Assembly: GCA_937873695.1 (NCBI GenBank) | Contig: CALMYL010000008.1 | Span: 173,369-237,368, forward strand | DNA length: 64,000 nucleotides | DNA from: an uncultured Ignavibacteria bacterium | GTDB taxonomy: Bacteria > Bacteroidota > Ignavibacteria > Tepidaquicellales > OLB5 | Reading direction: 5' to 3' | Shown: in pieces, positions 49,934 through 58,072 of the stretch | Numbering within the stretch: the first letter of the stretch is position 1 | Layout of the letters: each line of letters begins with the position of its first letter | Made by a program: the position numbers and the translations under genes | The notes under the pieces: generated by a model | What the model was told of the DNA's origin: nothing | The model's database searches: none | Seen by the model: the letters and a program-made list of their open reading frames with translations, nothing else

Positions 49934-51439
49934 TTATACCGCCTTCTTAACAGATTTGTCAAGACTTTGTACTTTGGAGAGCAGCCAGATTTTTGAATTT
50001 ATAGTCTTGCATTTATTTAAACGGACCATTAGTGAGCTCAAGTCAGTCTTTGAATTTGTATTGTGGTAGTTAATGAGTTTTACAACATATTTGCATAAGT
50101 TCTCGCATCCGGTACGTTTCTCATCACTTACCATTGTATTATCTTTCAGGTATTTTCTGAAAGCGTTTGCAGCTGAAAGCGCAGCATCATGCTCACCAAG
50201 CTCGTAGTACAGCATTATATACAGGCTCCTGATATCAAGATGATACGAAAATTCTTCCAGACGTATTCTGCTTAACCATTTGAGTGAATCATCAAAATTA
50301 CCCTGCTCAAACCTAAGGAATGCGTAACTGTAATTGATAACGTCTGTTTTTCTGCGGGGGTGGATCTGCCTGCCGTATTCTTCTATGAATTCCTCAAGCC
50401 ACCTTAGCTCCTTCATCTTTACGGCCTGTATAAGTATATTCCTGTAAAGATCAACAGGCATGTACTTACTTGCTTCGGTCTGGTAATATTTAGCAGTGAG
50501 CATTTTTTTGTATATTCCAAAAAGTTCGTTCTCATATTTCAGGTCATTTGGAGGAAGTGTTTCTCTCTTCAGTATGCAGTATCCGCTCAACCTGGCAAAA
50601 AGAAAATGTTTATCTGTCTGGCTGAATCTTTCCAGGTTATCAAATACCGATGATTTGAGCTGTGAGTAATACTCTTCATTATCAAAATACAGGTAAGCTT
50701 TAAGCGAATTTATATATGCCTGTACTATCTCTATTCCGGATAGAGAGTGTGTTTTCATGAATATTTCAAGACGCTGGAAATCGAACAAATCAAGGAATTG
50801 TGATATGAATTTCTTATTTTGTTTTATGTTGAAAGAGCGGGAATAATTGAGAAGCGTATCATTATGTTTGATCGATTCAAGCATGAAGTAGCTTATAAAA
50901 TATGTGATGCCGTTAATCAGCTTGCCTGCTTCGGTATCTACAAAACTCTTTTTGTTTATCTTATCATTTATCATCCCGAAATAGAACTTTTCGGTTTCCA
51001 GCTTGAACTTGTTGAGGCATGAATCCGCATCAATGTGCTCAATGGAATTCATGATTTTTTCAGCATCCCTTATGGTTATAGAATGCATTCTTTCAGCGCC
51101 TCTGATAGCAAGTTCTTCTATGGTGAAAATGGCTGATTCAGCTTCTTTTCTGTCTACATACTGCTGCCGAATAAATTTCGAGATAAGCTGCTGGAGGTCG
51201 TAAAGAAGCCTGCGCATGGTGACTTCGTTATAAGGCAGCTTAGGGGATATTTTTCTATGCAGCTCCTCTTTGGAAAGTTTTGGACTTTCAAAGTTAGGAT
51301 GAAATTTTATAATAATATCAAATAATTTAACCACTTTTTGGCTGCGGTTAAAGTACGGAGATATTATGAACTTTCTGAGTGATCTAATTTCATCTCTGGT
51401 AAGGGATTCCAGCAATTCTATGAACGCATAATCCAGCAT
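49934..51439 (-). CDS. Hypothetical ~500 aa helical protein, paralogue of 31185..32681
   Basis: It shares the N-terminal L..DE...L.KF..SP..N motif, is similar in length (501 vs 498 aa), and has a TPR-like helical C-half (FEQGNFDDSLKWL...LYYELGEHDAALSAANAF). Confidence 0.5.
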   Translation of the reverse strand: MLDYAFIELLESLTRDEIRSLRKFIISPYFNRSQKVVKLFDIIIKFHPNFESPKLSKEELHRKISPKLPYNEVTMRRLLYDLQQLISKFIRQQYVDRKEAESAIFTIEELAIRGAERMHSITIRDAEKIMNSIEHIDADSCLNKFKLETEKFYFGMINDKINKKSFVDTEAGKLINGITYFISYFMLESIKHNDTLLNYSRSFNIKQNKKFISQFLDLFDFQRLEIFMKTHSLSGIEIVQAYINSLKAYLYFDNEEYYSQLKSSVFDNLERFSQTDKHFLFARLSGYCILKRETLPPNDLKYENELFGIYKKMLTAKYYQTEASKYMPVDLYRNILIQAVKMKELRWLEEFIEEYGRQIHPRRKTDVINYSYAFLRFEQGNFDDSLKWLSRIRLEEFSYHLDIRSLYIMLYYELGEHDAALSAANAFRKYLKDNTMVSDEKRTGCENLCKYVVKLINYHNTNSKTDLSSLMVRLNKCKTINSKIWLLSKVQSLDKSVKKAV

Positions 51440-51673
51440 TTTCGCAATTATTTATATGTAAATATAAGCAACTCAAAATCAGTAGTCAATAGTATATTTA
51501 ATTAAAAAAATGCCCAAAAACAGCACAAAATGGGGAGATAGGTGAAATAGAAGAGCAAAAATAAGCAACTTTAGGCTTAAAATGTAGTGGCAGAGTCTGA
51601 ATTTATGAGTTATGTTTGAACAGATAAGAAAATAAACAAACAATTAATAACAATCCCTATAAAAACAGTAAAA

Positions 51674-51886
51674 ATGAAAAAGACATTATTAACAATCGCA
51701 ATTACCCTTAGCCTTTTAACCGGTTTCACATCAGTAAGTACCTTTGCAGCAGTAAATACAGTAAATACGGCAGAAACAAGCGCAGCAAGAGTATATATAA
51801 AGGTTTATGAAGATGGCGCAATTTGGGTGTACGTGTACGAAGAAGACGGAACATATGTTGGTAAGTTTATAGATGAAAGTTTTTAA
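51674..51886 (+). CDS. Small secreted protein (possibly the 5' half of a decayed T9SS cargo gene)
   Basis: It has a signal peptide (LLTGFTSVSTFAA) followed by about 45 aa. It is followed 17 nt later by a tail-only ORF in another frame. Confidence 0.3.
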   Translation: MKKTLLTIAITLSLLTGFTSVSTFAAVNTVNTAETSAARVYIKVYEDGAIWVYVYEEDGTYVGKFIDESF

Positions 51887-51903
51887 ATTAAGGAAATAAT
51901 AAA

Positions 51904-52125
51904 TTGTCTAAGATCAAATTCAGCATAGAAAAGCCCGGAGAAGTTACCCTTGAGATTTTCAATCTGATAGGCTTAAAAATTGATGAACTTCCGGCCGGAC
52001 ATCTTGAAGTGGGGGATCACACGGTGTTCTGGAAGCCAAAATACAATCTTTCGGGCAGTGTGCTGAACTACAGAATAGAGCTGAATAAACAGGTTATCAA
52101 GGAAAACATGTTTATTGTTAGATAG
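51904..52125 (+). pseudogene. Stand-alone T9SS C-terminal sorting-domain ORF (fragment)
   Basis: It has a TTG start directly after an in-frame TAA. The sequence KIKFSIEKPGEVTLEIFNLIGLKIDEL...HTVFW...YRIELNKQVIKENMFIVR covers only a T9SS-type tail. Confidence 0.4.
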
Positions 52126-52217
52126 GTCTGAAATCACCAGTGAATATTCCGATTATATCGGATGCACCCGAAAAAAGGCCTAGCACAAAAAAGAGTCTCT
52201 TATGTTAATTGACCTGA

Positions 52218-52255
52218 TAGAGCAGTAAATGAAGATTTACTGCTCTATTTTTATT
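52218..52255 (+). terminator. Strong rho-independent terminator
   Basis: A 13-bp perfect stem, TAGAGCAGTAAAT-GAAG-ATTTACTGCTCTA, is followed by TTTTTATTTT. Confidence 0.7.
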
Positions 52256-52305
52256 TTATTTTTTAATTGATTTTATTTAGCTAAATTATCTAATAGTAAT
52301 GATAT

Positions 52306-52575
52306 TTGTTTAATCCGGTTACTAAAATAAAATATACATTAAAATACGATTCTAAAGTTACTTTGAGGGTTTATAATATCCTTGGACAGTTGATTAAAGA
52401 AATTGTTAATAGTTTTGAAAGTAAAGGATTTAAAGAAATTATATGGAACGGCACAAATGAATTTGGTAATCAGGTTTCAACCGGAGTATATTTTTATAAG
52501 TTAACCGCCCGTCACAATGCCGGGTCTTTGACTGGCGATTTTGTAGATCAAAAAAAGCTGGTTATTATCCGTTAA
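52306..52575 (+). pseudogene. 5'-truncated T9SS C-terminal sorting-domain remnant
   Basis: The ORF begins (L)FNPVTKIKYTLKYDSKVTLRVYNILGQLIKE...GVYFYKLTA, which falls inside the canonical NPFNPVT motif. An in-frame TGA lies 2 codons upstream. No cargo domain is present. Confidence 0.45.
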
Positions 52576-52599
52576 CAAAAAATTTCATAAAAAATTATT

Positions 52600-53838
52600 A
52601 TGAGTACAAAAACTAGAAATATTAAAGTATCAATCTTTGCAGTTTTCTTTTTTGTTGCAATTACAAGTATCTACACACAACAAGGTTGGCAAAACCTAAA
52701 TACCACGTTTGGTGGGGGTGATATACATTTCAAAAATATAAATACCGGCATAATTTCAGGTTATAAGACAACTAATGCGGGAAATAACTGGTACCCAATT
52801 AATTTTAATGGTTATCTTAGTTTTCCCGATCAAAATACAGGTTATTCAACTGGTGGAGGGTTACTTTATAAAACTACAAATTTCGGTGATAACTATTTTA
52901 TGCAGAATCTTCCGCCTGGTATAATTCTAAACGATATAAACTTCCCAAATGTTAATATAGGTTATGGTTGCGGTGAGACTGGTAAAATTGTAAAAACTAT
53001 TAGTGGCGGTGATAACTGGTTTATTGTTAGTAATCCTTTGAACAACAATTACAATCTGTATAATATACAATTTATTGATTCAGAAACTGGTTATGTATCC
53101 GGTATTACTTATTTTTTAGATACCAGTGTGGTAATGAAAACCACTAATGGAGGAAATAACTGGAATGTACAGTATTATTTGCCTAGTAATTGGGGTATAT
53201 TCAGTGCGATGTATTTTGTAAATACATTGACAGGCTACATTGGTGCAGCCTCAAAAGGCTATATGCTAAAATCCACAAATGGAGGTGTTAACTGGCTGCA
53301 ATATAATATTCCGACATCAAACAGGATTTATTCAATTCACTTTCCCAGCGCTAACACTGGCTATGCAAGCTGTTACAGCGGGCAGATAATTAAAACAACA
53401 AACGCTGGAATTAACTGGTTTCTGCAAACAACTGGTACAGGCAGTTCATTACGAAGTATTTTTTTTATAAATGATCTAACCGGCTATTGCTCAGGTGAAA
53501 ATAACACTGTATTAAAAACCACCGATGGTGGCGGTGCGCCTATTGGTATTTCGCCAATAAGCACCGAAGTGCCGAAAGATTTTGTTCTTGAACAGAATTA
53601 TCCAAATCCGTTCAATCCTGTTACCAATATTAATTTCAGTATTCCAAAAGCCGGATTTACTTCGATCAGGATATATGATATAATGGGCAGGCTTGTCCAT
53701 ACACTTTTCGAAACACAGTTAGCCCCGGGCAGTTACAAGGCTGACTGGGATGCCTCACAAATGCCTTCGGGGATTTATATATACCGAATCGAAAGCGGCA
53801 ATTATACGCAAAGCAGGAAAATGATTTTAATAAAATAA
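52600..53838 (+). CDS. Ycf48/BNR-like seven-bladed beta-propeller protein with T9SS C-terminal sorting domain
   Basis: It has a signal peptide and seven repeats of the K-T-T-N-G-G-x-N-W type (TTNAGNNW, TTNFGDNY, ISGGDNW, TTNGGNNW, STNGGVNW, TTNAGINW, TTDGGG). The tail reads LEQNYPNPFNPVTNINFSI...GIYIYRI. Confidence 0.7.
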   Translation: MSTKTRNIKVSIFAVFFFVAITSIYTQQGWQNLNTTFGGGDIHFKNINTGIISGYKTTNAGNNWYPINFNGYLSFPDQNTGYSTGGGLLYKTTNFGDNYFMQNLPPGIILNDINFPNVNIGYGCGETGKIVKTISGGDNWFIVSNPLNNNYNLYNIQFIDSETGYVSGITYFLDTSVVMKTTNGGNNWNVQYYLPSNWGIFSAMYFVNTLTGYIGAASKGYMLKSTNGGVNWLQYNIPTSNRIYSIHFPSANTGYASCYSGQIIKTTNAGINWFLQTTGTGSSLRSIFFINDLTGYCSGENNTVLKTTDGGGAPIGISPISTEVPKDFVLEQNYPNPFNPVTNINFSIPKAGFTSIRIYDIMGRLVHTLFETQLAPGSYKADWDASQMPSGIYIYRIESGNYTQSRKMILIK

Positions 53839-53920
53839 AAAGGGATATATAATTCGATTTGTTGTTGGTATTAACACAAACAACTGGGAATAATAAAGAA
53901 ATTAAAATTATATAAACACA

Positions 53921-53944
53921 AAAGGCGGGATAAACCCGCCTTTT
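53921..53944. terminator. Bidirectional terminator between convergent genes
   Basis: AAAGGCGGG-ATAAA-CCCGCCTTT, flanked by A- and T-runs. Confidence 0.65.
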
Positions 53945-53947
53945 CAA

Positions 53948-54664
53948 TTATAAATCTTTAACTTTTTTCTTCCGTTTAAATGGCGCGTCAATCTGTATCC
54001 AGCGGACCTTCCACCATTTTTCAAACCTGTTCTCCTCGCCGTACATCAGTCTTTTAATATTTGCACGGTGGTTATATGTTAAAAATATACAAACCGCCAG
54101 ACTGAAATATATCAAAGTATGGTAGCCGTCAATTTCAACTCCGAAGAAATTTTCCCTGATGAACATTGCGCTTGGAAAGGAATACGCGGCGATTATTGAG
54201 CCAAGTGAAACATACCCTGAAAACATAAGGACTAAAATAAACATCCCTATTGCTATTGTAGCGTCTATTGGAGCCAAGCTAAGCAGCATACCGGCAGTAG
54301 TATTAATGCCTTTACCGCCTTTAAAGCCTGCAAAAACTGTCCACACATGCCCAATTATTGCGGAAATACCGGCAATTAACTGAACAATTGTAATATCCTG
54401 GAACGGTGTGCGGTTTTCAAACGGCAGGTTACCAAAGAACAACTTGCTGATAAGCAGTGTAGCGATAAATCCCTTGGCAATATCAACCAATTGCACAAGA
54501 ACGCCTACCTTCCAGCCAAGAACCCGGAAAGCATTCGTGCTTCCCATATTTTTGCTGCCAAGCTGCCTTATATCAACACCCTTAAACAACTTGCCAAATA
54601 CAAGCGCGGTGGGGAAAGATCCCACAAGATAACTAAGTACAATTACTATAAATAAATATAACAT
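53948..54664 (-). CDS. plsY: Glycerol-3-phosphate acyltransferase PlsY (with a basic C-terminal extension)
   Basis: It has the GSFPTALVFGK, GSKNMGSTNAFRVLG and FKGGKG motifs. Confidence 0.85.
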   Translation of the reverse strand: MLYLFIVIVLSYLVGSFPTALVFGKLFKGVDIRQLGSKNMGSTNAFRVLGWKVGVLVQLVDIAKGFIATLLISKLFFGNLPFENRTPFQDITIVQLIAGISAIIGHVWTVFAGFKGGKGINTTAGMLLSLAPIDATIAIGMFILVLMFSGYVSLGSIIAAYSFPSAMFIRENFFGVEIDGYHTLIYFSLAVCIFLTYNHRANIKRLMYGEENRFEKWWKVRWIQIDAPFKRKKKVKDL

Positions 54665-54718
54665 ATCCTAATATACTATACTCTTTTGTTAATTAACAGT
54701 CCTATTATTCAAAAAACG

Positions 54719-54970
54719 TTAGTTAAAACACTCAATTCTCTTAATTTCAGGTATTTCATGCATTAAAGCGCGCTCAATTCCTGCTCTTAATGTCATTGGT
54801 CTAAGCGGACACGTGTTGCATGAACCCAAAAGCTTCAATTCCACAATACCTTCATCTGATATTTTGTCAAGCATCACATCACCTCCATCCTGCTGAAGAT
54901 ATGGTCTTATACGTTCAAGAACTGAATTAATTTTAGCTTCAATTTCCGCTGTTTTTTCAGTTACAAGCAT
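54719..54970 (-). CDS. NifU-C/Nfu-type Fe-S cluster scaffold protein
   Basis: It is 83 aa with IRPYLQQDGGDV...LLGSCNTCPLRPMTLRAGIE (CxxC). Confidence 0.75.
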   Translation of the reverse strand: MLVTEKTAEIEAKINSVLERIRPYLQQDGGDVMLDKISDEGIVELKLLGSCNTCPLRPMTLRAGIERALMHEIPEIKRIECFN

Positions 54971-55043
54971 TTAAATGACCTTACTCTCCGCAAAAATAAG
55001 TAAACTTTATTAAAAAAACATTAGTGTTAATATGATTTTTCTC

Positions 55044-55281
55044 TCGTGCCAGCAATAGAGTTTTCTATAATTCAAGAGAAAATTAAGATTTTAAACTCGC
55101 ATATTTATTTTTAGAAACTCATTTGGTGGCACGAGTATCTTTGAAACTTGAAGCACACTAGTTATTCGTGCCACGAAATCAAGAATTTACAAAACTTTCA
55201 TAAAAACTACAGATTAAAACATATCAACCAGGAATATTGAATCCTCTATTCGTGGCACGAAAAAAGCTGTCTTCGTGGCAC
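55044..55281. promoter_or_regulatory. Array of five TTCGTG(G/C)CACGAA-related motifs in the nfu upstream region
   Basis: Full 13-nt near-palindromes lie at 55165-55177 (TTCGTGCCACGAA) and 55249-55261 (TTCGTGGCACGAA). Partial copies lie at 55044-51 (TCGTGCCA), 55126-34 (GTGGCACGA) and 55272-81 (TTCGTGGCAC). Confidence 0.3.
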
Positions 55282-55307
55282 AAAAAGGTAATCCACCAGA
55301 TGCCAAA

Positions 55308-56177
55308 TCAGATCTCTATAATCGGCAGTTTTGGCTGCAGCTTTGCTTTAGCAATTACGTTTTCAGCCAGATTCTTTGCGATATTGTAAAATTGTTCTGC
55401 TTCAGTTGAATCTGGTTTGCCCAATACTATTGGTTTACCTTCGTCTCCTCCAATACGTACATCTGTATTAATCGCTATTTCACCAAGAAAGTTCATCCCA
55501 AGCTCACCGGCAAGTTTCTTCCCGCCGCCTTCTCCAAAAATGTATTCCTTTGAGCCATCCTGCCTGGAATAATAACTCATGTTCTCAATAATTCCAAGCA
55601 CAGGCACATTTACCTTTTCAAACATCTTAGCACCCTTGCGGGCATCTATGATGCTTATTTCCTGGGGAGTTGAAACAATCACAGCACCTGTTAAGGGTAT
55701 TGACTGTGTTAAAGTAAGCTGAATATCACCTGTACCGGGCGGCATATCATATAAAAGGAAATCAAGTTCATCCCACTCTACATCGCTCATAAACTGCTTT
55801 AATGCGCTTGCTGCCATGGGTCCGCGCCATACAACGGCTTCATTGGGATCAACCAGGAAGCCAATTGACATCATCTTTATTCCGTATTTAACAACCGGAA
55901 GAAGTCTGTTCTTTTCGTTAATTTTAACCAGCTTGGGTTTTTCTTCAGCAGCACCAAGCATAGTTGGTATTGAAGGACCGTATATATCGGCATCTATGAT
56001 GCCTGTTTTGTATCCTTCTTTAATTAATGCTCCGGCAAGATTGACCGCTACGGTAGATTTACCCACGCCGCCTTTTCCTGAGGATACTGCTATTGTGTAT
56101 TTTACTTTCGGCAGGATCTGTTCTGCCTGTGTGACCGGGTTTGTTGTATTAATGGTATTTGTATTTGAATTTGACAT
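55308..56177 (-). CDS. Mrp/NBP35/ApbC-family Fe-S cluster carrier ATPase
   Basis: It has the deviant Walker A SSGKGGVGKST, plus DMPPGTGD and the CxxC-free Mrp core. I prefer the ATG at 56177, because the ORF-track start at 56198 lies inside the upstream terminator stem. Confidence 0.85.
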   Translation of the reverse strand: MSNSNTNTINTTNPVTQAEQILPKVKYTIAVSSGKGGVGKSTVAVNLAGALIKEGYKTGIIDADIYGPSIPTMLGAAEEKPKLVKINEKNRLLPVVKYGIKMMSIGFLVDPNEAVVWRGPMAASALKQFMSDVEWDELDFLLYDMPPGTGDIQLTLTQSIPLTGAVIVSTPQEISIIDARKGAKMFEKVNVPVLGIIENMSYYSRQDGSKEYIFGEGGGKKLAGELGMNFLGEIAINTDVRIGGDEGKPIVLGKPDSTEAEQFYNIAKNLAENVIAKAKLQPKLPIIEI

Positions 56178-56192
56178 AAAGTACAAATATAG

Positions 56193-56230
56193 CAACAAAA
56201 AACCTCATTTTTAGTGTAAAAATGAGGTTT
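56193..56230 (-). terminator. Rho-independent terminator of the 56280..56750 gene
   Basis: A 13-bp stem, AAACCTCATTTTT / AAAAATGAGGTTT. On the minus strand it is followed by TTTTGTTGC. Confidence 0.55.
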
Positions 56231-56279
56231 AAAAAACCAACTTAAATGCTTTGATTTACAGCTTTTTATAATTGGTTTA

Positions 56280-56750
56280 TTATTTGTTTTCTTCAGGCTC
56301 AATCGGTTCTTTATAGTTATCCGATGAGCAGATATAGTCTTTCACATAACTCCATGGGTCAATATAATCGCTTGATGCCTCTGAAATGCCGCGCGGGATT
56401 ACTTTATATGCTCCGTACTCTTCGGTGAATTTAAACACCAACAAATGCTGCCATGAAGAGCCGCCAATTGTGGCCACACAGATATCACCGCCTGAATACA
56501 GAATTTCGTAATTTTCGGGGGAGTAGTTGTTAATGAGGTATTTCTTTACATTCAGTTTTTTGGTATCAAGCCAGTCTTCTGAAATGTACTTGCGAAGTTT
56601 CTCGGAAGTGTTATCTCCCTTTACCATCATCTCAAGTATCTCTTTTGTAACCTGTTCCATTTTCTTCTTATTAAGGTCATCTGCTTTTATGTTCACATTC
56701 ACAGCGAACATAACAAGCAGTACAGCAATTGTGAATTTAAATAGTTTCAT
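56280..56750 (-). CDS. Secreted hypothetical protein
   Basis: The likely start is the ATG at 56750 (MKLFKFTIAVLLVMFAVNVNIKA signal peptide), which avoids overlap with the upstream gene. No motif was recognised. Confidence 0.4.
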   Translation of the reverse strand: MKLFKFTIAVLLVMFAVNVNIKADDLNKKKMEQVTKEILEMMVKGDNTSEKLRKYISEDWLDTKKLNVKKYLINNYSPENYEILYSGGDICVATIGGSSWQHLLVFKFTEEYGAYKVIPRGISEASSDYIDPWSYVKDYICSSDNYKEPIEPEENK

Positions 56751-56778
56751 TTTTACCTTTCGTATTTTATGTGATAAT

Positions 56779-57507
56779 TTAATTTTTTTCTGCAATAATG
56801 TAATTCATTCCATGAATTACATCTGAAAATGTGACTGATAGTCCAAAACCCTGTATCATTTTTGTAATGTCATTTGCCGGGAGCTTCAATTTGGGATATG
56901 AGCTTACTTTCATTTCCCATTTATCGTTTACTTTTTCATGTAAAATATCATTAACTATTACATATGATTCAAAGTATTCCAGAAAACATGTGAGTATTCT
57001 TGTATCATCACTTTTCACGGGAAAGAACCTTGAAGTTTCGGTTAACTCCACTGAAAGATCCCTGTATGAAAGAACAAGTCTGCCGTTTTTATGCAGATTC
57101 TCTGCTGCATTACCGATAAGCCTGTTTACTTCTTTGATTGAAGGCAAATGGGTTAATGTATCACCCATGCAGACTACTAATTCCGGCATATTTTCCGCGG
57201 GATAAACAAATTCAGTTATATCCCCGTTTAATGCTTTTACTTTTTTTGCTGTATTTTGTTTCAGCTCAAGCAAAAGTTTTTCACTGAAATCGACCGCTAT
57301 TACATCAAAGCCGATTTCCCCCAGGGCTGCTGATTGTATACCATGCCCGGAGCCGAGATCAATTGCTAAATGAGTTGAAGAGGGTTTTATATTACTTTTG
57401 ATGAAAAACTCAATGGTTTGGTTTACTTTTTCCCTGAAGTCACCGGCCATCCAGCTGTACACATCAGCCAGAAGTGAATCATAGTGTGCTTTGACCTTTT
57501 CGTTCAT
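56779..57507 (-). CDS. Class I SAM-dependent methyltransferase
   Basis: It has motif I, AIDLGSGHGIQS, and post-I DVIAVDFS. The likely start is the ATG at 57507 (MNEKVKAHYD), which removes the overlap with the GNAT gene. Confidence 0.7.
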   Translation of the reverse strand: MNEKVKAHYDSLLADVYSWMAGDFREKVNQTIEFFIKSNIKPSSTHLAIDLGSGHGIQSAALGEIGFDVIAVDFSEKLLLELKQNTAKKVKALNGDITEFVYPAENMPELVVCMGDTLTHLPSIKEVNRLIGNAAENLHKNGRLVLSYRDLSVELTETSRFFPVKSDDTRILTCFLEYFESYVIVNDILHEKVNDKWEMKVSSYPKLKLPANDITKMIQGFGLSVTFSDVIHGMNYIIAEKN

Positions 57508-57517
57508 GTTTTGGAAA

Positions 57518-58072
57518 TTATTCTCTATCCCTGATATGCCAGAGCATCTTAACATCACTCATCATTGATTCCAGATTTGACGGCTCAGGCGGTTTGGAAT
57601 ATTTGAATTCATAAAAACCGTTCCTTTTCAATGCTTTTATTGAAGGAATATTATCTTCACGGGTTTCAGCAATTACAGCTTTTACCTCCGGGTATGTGAA
57701 AGCCCAGTTGACCATTGCGCCTATCGCCTCTGTCATATAGCCCTGCACTCTGAACTTCGGCTGGGTTGAGTAACCAATTTCAACATATCCGTTTTCATCA
57801 GGTTTGCGCTTAAAGCCAATATCGCCCGCAACAGTGTTAGAAGCTTTTTCAACAATTACCCATATTGTCGCGAACAAATAATTTTCCGGGTCATCCTTCA
57901 TCCATTGGAGCGTGTATTTCCTGATAGCATCGCGGAACTGGGTTGTTAACACCCTCTCAGCCCGGTTAATGCCCAATGAATCTTCAAGCCGGCTATCTAA
58001 ATGCGTGAACATTTCAGCCTGCTCAAGTGTGAGCGGTATTAACCTCAGTCTTTCGGTTTTTATTGCGCTCAT
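57518..58072 (-). CDS. GNAT-family N-acetyltransferase (RimJ/RimL-like)
   Basis: It starts TERLRLIPLT, has the acetyl-CoA region RVQGYMTEAIGAMVNWAF, and is 184 aa. Confidence 0.7.
   Translation of the reverse strand: MSAIKTERLRLIPLTLEQAEMFTHLDSRLEDSLGINRAERVLTTQFRDAIRKYTLQWMKDDPENYLFATIWVIVEKASNTVAGDIGFKRKPDENGYVEIGYSTQPKFRVQGYMTEAIGAMVNWAFTYPEVKAVIAETREDNIPSIKALKRNGFYEFKYSKPPEPSNLESMMSDVKMLWHIRDRE

Noticed and set aside
55253-55268. A sigma-54-like promoter, TGGCACG-N4-AAGCT (GG/GC spacing correct), within the motif array.
   Set aside because: It points rightwards on the plus strand, where only the antisense of mrp lies. The other TGGCAC copies lack a -12 GC element at the right spacing. 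The TGGCAC is more economically explained as half of the TTCGTGGCACGAA palindrome.
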